From a virus, in IMG/VR virus record IMGVR_UViG_3300008259_004660, positions 1 through 64,000 of that record: 64,000 bases of DNA. One strand, 5' to 3'. Within the stretch, counting starts at the first letter, position 1, and the number at the start of each line of letters is the position of its first letter. Below the pieces are notes generated by a model. The model was not told the origin of the DNA. It did not search any database and saw only the letters and a program-made list of their open reading frames with translations. The translations under genes and the position numbers were made by a program. This document shows positions 58,130 through 64,000 of this stretch, in pieces.

Positions 58130-58807
58130 ATGAGCGTCATATTCGACAAGATGAAAGTACTAGCAAGTGAACTCTATATAGAGATTGCTTCTGGTAATAG
58201 AGAAATTGAAAACTCCGATTTGGCAAAATATGCGTGGACAAACCGCATATTTCGCGGAGATAGATTTCGCCGTGGTCATCTTGAAGTACTAGATACCACA
58301 GAATCAAAGAAGATGTGGATAATGCATATCTGCATCTTTCCTCATCTTGATGATAGTTCTCCTATATTTGGATTTGATGTAATCTGCGGTGCCAACAAGA
58401 TCACAGGAGTATTCCTTGATTTTAGTATGGCTGATGAAAATCATCCTATGAATATTTGGTTCAAGGAAAGAACCAAAAATCTTGTATGGAAAAAAGATAG
58501 AGAATTGCCTGATTGGGGTAAGCGCATTTTTAGTCCAAACATGATTGCCGCTGGACAAGTTAATACTGATGAAGAACTAAATCAAATCATCGATGTGGCA
58601 AAAGATTGCTTGCATTTTTACGTAAACAATGTAGGATTAACCATCAGCAATGTTAGCAGTGTACTTGCGCACAATCATTATTGCGTTAATCAAAAACAGA
58701 ATGTTCATACACAAAGATTCCTTGTGAATTGTGGTTATGATCTGAAAGATGTAAACACATTCATTGACAAACATTTGTTCCCAGAAATTGAACCAAACTA
58801 TCCATGA
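58130..58807 (+). CDS. ferredoxin-dependent bilin reductase (PcyA/PcyX-like)
   Basis: FRRGHLE(52), MH(66)ICIFP, PIFGFD(83)V, FLDFS, LPDWG..IFS, YC.NQKQN.HT. Confidence 0.88.
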   Translation: MSVIFDKMKVLASELYIEIASGNREIENSDLAKYAWTNRIFRGDRFRRGHLEVLDTTESKKMWIMHICIFPHLDDSSPIFGFDVICGANKITGVFLDFSMADENHPMNIWFKERTKNLVWKKDRELPDWGKRIFSPNMIAAGQVNTDEELNQIIDVAKDCLHFYVNNVGLTISNVSSVLAHNHYCVNQKQNVHTQRFLVNCGYDLKDVNTFIDKHLFPEIEPNYP

Positions 58808-59388
58808 GTCCATCACTCGACAAACAACTCTGCGAAAAATATCCAAATATATTCTTGACTCAAGAATTGGGTACCTCATTTGGATTTGAGTGTGGAGACG
58901 GATGGTACAAAGTAATTGATATGCTTTGTATGGCTGCATCAAATACATACAGTACAGGTCTAAGAATAGACAAAGAGGATGCTGCCAAGTATGGCATTGA
59001 AAGTCCAGACGACGAGGCGGGCGAAAGATATTATTTCACTGTAGAATCTCCGCAAATTGTAGCTTCACAAGTGAAAGAAAAGTTTGGTTCACTCCGTTTC
59101 TATTACCGATTGGACTTTGACCCAAGAGTGACTGAACTTATCAAGACAGAAAAGTACCCAGAACTACAAAAGATCGTGGATAATTTTCATTTTTACTTCG
59201 ACGGTATTGTTTATATGGCAGAAATATTGTCTATCAATACCTGTGAAATTACCGGCAGAGAAGGTGAAATGCATGTAAGCAATGGTGGAAAAAACGGATG
59301 GTATAAAACTCTAAATCGTGAATATGCCAAATCTGAAGAGTTTTATGTAAGCCGAAATTATGTTCCATTTAAAGATATACCAAAATAA
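58804..59388 (+). CDS. conserved phage hypothetical protein
   Basis: FECGDGW, QVKEKFGSLRFY, TCEITG. Confidence 0.7.
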   Translation: MSPSLDKQLCEKYPNIFLTQELGTSFGFECGDGWYKVIDMLCMAASNTYSTGLRIDKEDAAKYGIESPDDEAGERYYFTVESPQIVASQVKEKFGSLRFYYRLDFDPRVTELIKTEKYPELQKIVDNFHFYFDGIVYMAEILSINTCEITGREGEMHVSNGGKNGWYKTLNREYAKSEEFYVSRNYVPFKDIPK

Positions 59389-59502
59389 GAAATATGAGCC
59401 AAAACGGAAAAGGAAGCAAACCACGACCATACAGCGTGAAATATTCTCAGTATTGTGAGAATTGGGAAGTAATATTCAACAAAAATAAAACCAAGGATCA
59501 AA

Positions 59503-59706
59503 ATGATAACGATAGACACAAAATTCAAAAAAGACATACAAAGAATTCGTGATGCTCATAAAGCTCACAATGACATGATTGATTATTTCATCAAAAAAGT
59601 TGGAGAGCGTGCTGGACTAAAGACAGTAGAAGAACATGAAACGTTGTGGGATCATGTACTAAATGAAAGTAGTTGGACCGTTGAATATAAGAAAGGAAAC
59701 AAATGA
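59503..59706 (+). CDS. hypothetical protein
   Basis: ORF. Confidence 0.5.
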   Translation: MITIDTKFKKDIQRIRDAHKAHNDMIDYFIKKVGERAGLKTVEEHETLWDHVLNESSWTVEYKKGNK

Positions 59707-59879
59707 AAATTCAAATTCAAATTAATGATGAAATCACCGACAGGATTATTCGCGCTGAACTGAAATGGCATAGAGACAATACCAAAGACATTGGTGATAT
59801 GTGCAAAGAGGACAAGAAGTATTTCAAAAAGCTTGCTCCTGCTTTGGATATTGTGAATGAGCGAAGAAGATGCATATGA
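59703..59879 (+). CDS. 58-aa hypothetical protein, possibly 3'-truncated
   Basis: ATGA-coupled; MKIQIQINDEITDRII... Confidence 0.45.
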   Translation: MKIQIQINDEITDRIIRAELKWHRDNTKDIGDMCKEDKKYFKKLAPALDIVNERRRCI

Positions 59880-59952
59880 ATATTTTGATTTCAACATTGA
59901 ATGCGCTTATGTCGGAGAAAAAACACCAGTTTATCTGAATACAATATCATGA
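59857..59952 (+). pseudogene. C-terminal remnant of a widespread small phage protein
   Basis: MSEEDAYEYFDFNIECAYVGEKTP matches a recalled C-terminal motif; stop overlaps next ATG. Confidence 0.4.
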
Positions 59953-60374
59953 AAATTGCAATCAATGCAGCACACGGATCATTTGGATTATCTCCAGATG
60001 CAATTAGATTATACTGCAAGAAAACTGGAACACCATGTTACTTCTTTGATCTTACATTTAAAAACAAGGAAAACAATTACGAGGTTATATTCATGCCGAC
60101 TGATACTCCTGTAGGAATGCTACGTTGGTCTGCTTATACAATTCCAAATCCTTCCGAAGTAAAAGACCCGCACAAATACCGCTTCAATGATAATTTCAGA
60201 GATGATCGTGCTAACAAATATCTAATCGAAACAATTGAGGAACTTGGATCCAAAGTTGCAAGTGGACCATTTTCTAAATTGAAGATCGTGGAAGTACCAG
60301 ATGATGTCAAATGGCATATCGCTGAATTTGATGGATGGGAATGGGTGGCGGAAGATCATAGAACTTGGGAATAA
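59949..60374 (+). CDS. conserved phage hypothetical protein
   Basis: IN..HG.FGLS...L...IEELG...LKIVEVPDDV.W.I.E.DG.EWVAE.HR. Confidence 0.7.
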   Translation: MKIAINAAHGSFGLSPDAIRLYCKKTGTPCYFFDLTFKNKENNYEVIFMPTDTPVGMLRWSAYTIPNPSEVKDPHKYRFNDNFRDDRANKYLIETIEELGSKVASGPFSKLKIVEVPDDVKWHIAEFDGWEWVAEDHRTWE

Positions 60375-60380
60375 AAACTT

Positions 60381-60596
60381 ATGAAACTAGAAGTAGATGA
60401 AAATATGTTGGATGGTATTATTGTTGCCTCATTGACTGACAGCATCAATTGTATTGAATATGAGATCAAACGGTTGAAGAAAATAAAGAAAAGAAAAGAA
60501 TATCAAGAACGTGATTTAGGAGATTGTTTCATTCATCTTGACGCATTGAAACTTACTCGCTATTATTATGGTGGCGCAAAATATTTGCCTAAATAA
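60381..60596 (+). CDS. hypothetical protein
   Basis: ORF. Confidence 0.5.
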   Translation: MKLEVDENMLDGIIVASLTDSINCIEYEIKRLKKIKKRKEYQERDLGDCFIHLDALKLTRYYYGGAKYLPK

Positions 60597-60616
60597 TATT
60601 TAGGTACCCTCCCCCT

Positions 60617-61015
60617 ATGGAATTACATGAAAAAATAGACACCATAGTAAAGGAATATGCGGATGCTATACTCAATCGTGTAAAAAGTATATCACCCAAT
60701 ATCCCCTTGGTATCTGATTTTGAACGAGGTCCAAGTGAAGATGGAAAATATTACGCCTCCGTTTGTGACATTCAAACGGAGTATGGATTTGTAACAATCT
60801 TTCCAGATTTCAACAAAGAAGGTGCCAAAGCTGCTATATTAAATAGAGGATTGGTAAGAGCAATGGATTTGGAAGGATTTAATGAAGATGAAATCAATCA
60901 AGCAAAAGTGTATGGTGACCTTATGCCTTTCACGGAAGAATCGGTGGATATAATTGTGTTGGTGCTCACAGAAGATCTTGGACTCCAACATCAAAAAAAT
61001 TTAGACGATGAATAA
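60617..61015 (+). CDS. hypothetical protein
   Basis: ORF. Confidence 0.5.
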   Translation: MELHEKIDTIVKEYADAILNRVKSISPNIPLVSDFERGPSEDGKYYASVCDIQTEYGFVTIFPDFNKEGAKAAILNRGLVRAMDLEGFNEDEINQAKVYGDLMPFTEESVDIIVLVLTEDLGLQHQKNLDDE

Positions 61016-61637
61016 CAATAATACTGTAGAATTAATTGGATATTATGGAAGCGATGAAATCCACGCTTGTTCGGCTTGGACTTCTACTAGCAGAGAGATC
61101 ACTGAAGAAAAACGTAATCGCATTCCATCTTTATTGAAGATGCTTGCAGATCATGGGCATCATACTCCGTTTGAAAAGTCAAGCCTTCATTTCCTTGTTG
61201 ATACAGATATTGCGTCACATATTCATATCATCAAGCACCGAATTGGTGTAAGTGTTAATGGTGAAAGCGCACGATATAAAGAAATCAAGCAAGACAAGTT
61301 TCTAATTCCAAATGATTGGCCAACGGAGTGGAAGGAATTGCTACAAGCATATACTGAAAAAGGAAATGAATTGTATCACAAGTGCGTTGCCGATCTTGTT
61401 AACAAGGGATACGACAAGAAACGTGTAAAGGAAAGCGCCCGATTCTTCAAGACATACAACAGCCAAATTTGCGCCGACGTAATGTTTAATTGGAGGTCAT
61501 TCTATCATTTCTTGGCACTGAGAAACAAGCCAGACGCTCAAAAAGAAATCAGAGAAGTTGCCGCCGAAATGCTTAATCTTGTTAAGAACATTGAAGGTAA
61601 TCCATTCAAGCACACAATCGACGCATTCAATCTATGA
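61008..61637 (+). CDS. thyX: FAD-dependent thymidylate synthase
   Basis: GHHTPFE, KHRIGVSVNGESARY, N.RSFYHFL.LR...AQKEIR. Confidence 0.92.
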   Translation: MNNNNTVELIGYYGSDEIHACSAWTSTSREITEEKRNRIPSLLKMLADHGHHTPFEKSSLHFLVDTDIASHIHIIKHRIGVSVNGESARYKEIKQDKFLIPNDWPTEWKELLQAYTEKGNELYHKCVADLVNKGYDKKRVKESARFFKTYNSQICADVMFNWRSFYHFLALRNKPDAQKEIREVAAEMLNLVKNIEGNPFKHTIDAFNL

Positions 61638-62146
61638 AATCATTAGACTGCAATACACCAAGGGGTCAAATTTATATAGGCACACAGCTTTCTTGTCATA
61701 CAAGAATAGAAGAAGCGTTGAACTGCGAGGTAATTTCCACAAATACAAAAAGTTCGTCTGACATAGATGCACTACTAGTGAGAAATAAGATATTAATTGG
61801 TCTTGGTGAAGTAAAATCCAGAGAGATGTCATTTGATTTAATTTCCAAAAAATTAATGTATAACGGAAGAGGATACGATTCATATTTAATCACACACGAG
61901 AAGCTTGAAAAGCTAAGAAACCTATGTAAGATATTTAATGTATCTGGATTTCTTTTTGTATCTCTTCTATTGGATGGAAAAATAGCGGTGTGGAAAATAT
62001 GCGACGCTAATGGAAATTTTTGCGTTGAAATGAAAAAAGAAAAAACAAAAACTCAAGCTACTTGTAATGGAGGAACTGCTTTTAGAGAAAACGCATACTT
62101 ATCATTAAACTCAATGCAAATATTGAAAGAGAAAGTTTTGACTTGA
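61634..62146 (+). CDS. putative PD-(D/E)XK-fold protein
   Basis: DIDALL...GEVKSR. Confidence 0.5.
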   Translation: MKSLDCNTPRGQIYIGTQLSCHTRIEEALNCEVISTNTKSSSDIDALLVRNKILIGLGEVKSREMSFDLISKKLMYNGRGYDSYLITHEKLEKLRNLCKIFNVSGFLFVSLLLDGKIAVWKICDANGNFCVEMKKEKTKTQATCNGGTAFRENAYLSLNSMQILKEKVLT

Positions 62147-62172
62147 TATATATAAGATAAAAAGGATTACTT

Positions 62173-62733
62173 ATGGGAATGTTCGATTATATCTCTGTAG
62201 CTGATAAGCTTCCTACAAACGCGGAAATTGACGCCGCTGGATTGGATCTTTATAAAGAACCATTTCAAACAAAAGACTTGGATAATGTTCTAGCCACGTA
62301 CTATATCCAAGGTGGTAGATTGTTTGTTGAAAAATATAGATCTTCAACTTGGGTTGCAGATGCAGATGCATTTGCCGGTGGATATCTCGACCGAGAAGAA
62401 CCTTATCAAGAAGAACTAGTAGATTTTCACGGCAAGATCAACTTCTATCATCTTATTGATAAAGATGACAAAGATCATTGGGTTGAGTATAATGCCTTCT
62501 TTACTCACGGTAAGCTAGACAAGATTGAACTGTTTAAATACAGTGTGGAGTCAAATGTTGAACGCAAACAAAGCCTCAAGGAAATATTTGCCAAGAGTGA
62601 AGAGCGTAATAGGATTTGGTATAACAAATATATCTTTCACACAAAAGTATGGAGAAAAGTCCGTAGGGTTATGTTCAGATCTCTTTCTTTGGTGGAAAGC
62701 AGCATCAGTTACATCAAGTACAGATTGCCTTGA
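62173..62733 (+). CDS. conserved phage hypothetical protein
   Basis: MGMFD.I...FQTKDLD....Y.I..G.L...F.HGKL. Confidence 0.65.
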   Translation: MGMFDYISVADKLPTNAEIDAAGLDLYKEPFQTKDLDNVLATYYIQGGRLFVEKYRSSTWVADADAFAGGYLDREEPYQEELVDFHGKINFYHLIDKDDKDHWVEYNAFFTHGKLDKIELFKYSVESNVERKQSLKEIFAKSEERNRIWYNKYIFHTKVWRKVRRVMFRSLSLVESSISYIKYRLP

Positions 62734-62737
62734 TGAC

Positions 62738-63505
62738 TTATTCAAGTTTTACATCAAAAGCTTTTTCAAATGCCTTTGGTGCTTCTTTATAGCTTTCTTG
62801 AGTTTCATCTTTTGGATCATTCAAGTATTGCCAATTAAAACTTAATTCATTTGGAACTTTGAACCCAAAGAACTTCAAAACGTTCTTTTGTGTTTCCAAA
62901 ACTTGCTCACCGTTCCAATTTTGACCAATAAACACAATACCTGCATCTTTATCTTTAATAATGTTATCTTCGTTCAAAGTGCTGTGTCTGTTTTCAAGCC
63001 AAGTCAAACGTTCGATCAATCTTTGATATACTCCGTTTGTTTGTCCCCATCTTACACTGCCAAAAAATACAACTGCGTCTGACTCAAACAATACTTTGCT
63101 GATCTTCCATAACTCATCGTCTTTGTTGTTGTAGCTGCACCAACAACGATGATCTCCTGTAGGATTCTTGGTTTTGTCTTTTAGTGCTGCTTCTTTTACT
63201 CCACAATTATTTCCTTCGTTCTTACTGACGTTACCTTCACAATCATATATCTTCAATTTTGATACATCGATAACTTCAGCGTTTCCAATTTCGTTTGCAA
63301 CATATTCAGCTAGTACACTGCTCTTTGGTTTTTGTTTGTCACCAACCCAACGATTGCTCGTAGTAAGAATCAGCACTTTTTTCTTTTGTTTCAGGCTATT
63401 GATCAATTTGTCCAACTTGCCTTCATACTCTGCATTCTCATTCAACTGAAAATGCTCGTTCAGAAGCTTACGATGCTTTAAAAATGTTTGTTCGAAATTG
63501 GACAT
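62738..63505 (-). CDS. flavodoxin-fold NAD(P)H-dependent FMN reductase / iron-sulfur flavoprotein
   Basis: VLILTTSNR...KSSVLA, IYDCEG..S, CWC, DAVVFFGSVRWG. Confidence 0.75.
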   Translation of the reverse strand: MSNFEQTFLKHRKLLNEHFQLNENAEYEGKLDKLINSLKQKKKVLILTTSNRWVGDKQKPKSSVLAEYVANEIGNAEVIDVSKLKIYDCEGNVSKNEGNNCGVKEAALKDKTKNPTGDHRCWCSYNNKDDELWKISKVLFESDAVVFFGSVRWGQTNGVYQRLIERLTWLENRHSTLNEDNIIKDKDAGIVFIGQNWNGEQVLETQKNVLKFFGFKVPNELSFNWQYLNDPKDETQESYKEAPKAFEKAFDVKLE

Positions 63506-63563
63506 ATATATAAATATTATCATTTATTATTTTAACATAGATTATTTGATATTTATCTACTGT

Positions 63564-64000
63564 ATGAAAAACTCAAATGTATTGAGTATAAGCGTTGAAA
63601 ATGCATGGAAGCCGTTGCCAGTTTCAGAGTGGAATGAAGAAAATGCACGGCATCTATTAAACAGAGCAGGATGGACAGCGACACCAGAAATGTTGAAGCT
63701 TGCTGTTTCAGAAGGATTGGGAAAAACACTTAATAGACTTTTTTCTTTGGGAGCAATGTCAAAGGGAATTATAAAACCGCCTTCTGTAGTAAGATTTGAA
63801 AATGAGGAGAAAGAGCTTCAAGCATCATTAAGAGGAGCAACTTCACCAGAAGAGCGTGCAAAAATTCGCAGAGAAATACAAAACAAGGAAAGAAACGGAA
63901 TAAATGATTTGGCGATGCAATGGATTAAAGATGCCGCCGAAATTGAAAATTCTGCATTTTACAAGTGGGTGTTGTTTTTAAGCGATGTGTATGTAGTTGG
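63564..64000 (+). CDS. DUF1800 family protein (partial, runs off window)
   Basis: manual translation MKNSNVLSISVENAWKPLPVSEWNEENARHLLNRAGW...MQWIKDAA...KWVLFLSDVYVV; not in ORF track because no stop. Confidence 0.75.
   Translation, partial: MKNSNVLSISVENAWKPLPVSEWNEENARHLLNRAGWTATPEMLKLAVSEGLGKTLNRLFSLGAMSKGIIKPPSVVRFENEEKELQASLRGATSPEERAKIRREIQNKERNGINDLAMQWIKDAAEIENSAFYKWVLFLSDVYVV

Noticed and set aside
1-64000. CRISPR array or rRNA
   Set aside because: No equal-length repeats with unique spacers; the only tandem repeats are in-frame coding PT or propeller repeats; no rRNA signatures
1-64000. Stop-codon reassignment
   Set aside because: Recognisable enzymes are full length in code 11, TAA/TGA/TAG all end genes, and no suppressor anticodon is seen

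Overview
This window is a 64-kb segment of an AT-rich, gene-dense large dsDNA bacteriophage genome (T4-like/jumbo Caudoviricetes). Evidence for this is sigma70-type promoters, a second putative late-promoter motif, three tRNA-Leu genes, a tmRNA, a clamp-loader-like subunit, dNMP kinase, dUTPase, ThyX, DNA and RNA ligases, an SF2 helicase and four HNH genes. Secreted Ig-domain proteins, a beta-barrel OMP and a DUF1800 fragment point, by recollection only, to a Verrucomicrobiota (Opitutae-like) host. The most notable content is: (i) two unexplained structured non-coding segments in stable-RNA operons (845-1134 between tRNAs, and a 179-nt 6S-sized rod at 8417-8595 directly before tmRNA); (ii) a ~14-kb glycosyltransferase/methyltransferase island plus four signal-peptide-less Pro/Thr mucin-like proteins, one a trypsin-like protease fused to a beta-propeller, suggesting a virion O-glycosylation system; (iii) a heme oxygenase plus bilin reductase pair with PcyX-like spacing but the PcyA-type Glu; (iv) a dispersed RNA/nucleotide repair kit (RNase Z, RNA ligase, cyclic-phosphate receiver, SLOG, macrodomain, three phosphoesterases) and a cNMP-binding membrane protein. 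No CRISPR array, rRNA or genetic-code reassignment was seen. All family calls come from motif recognition by eye, not database searches.
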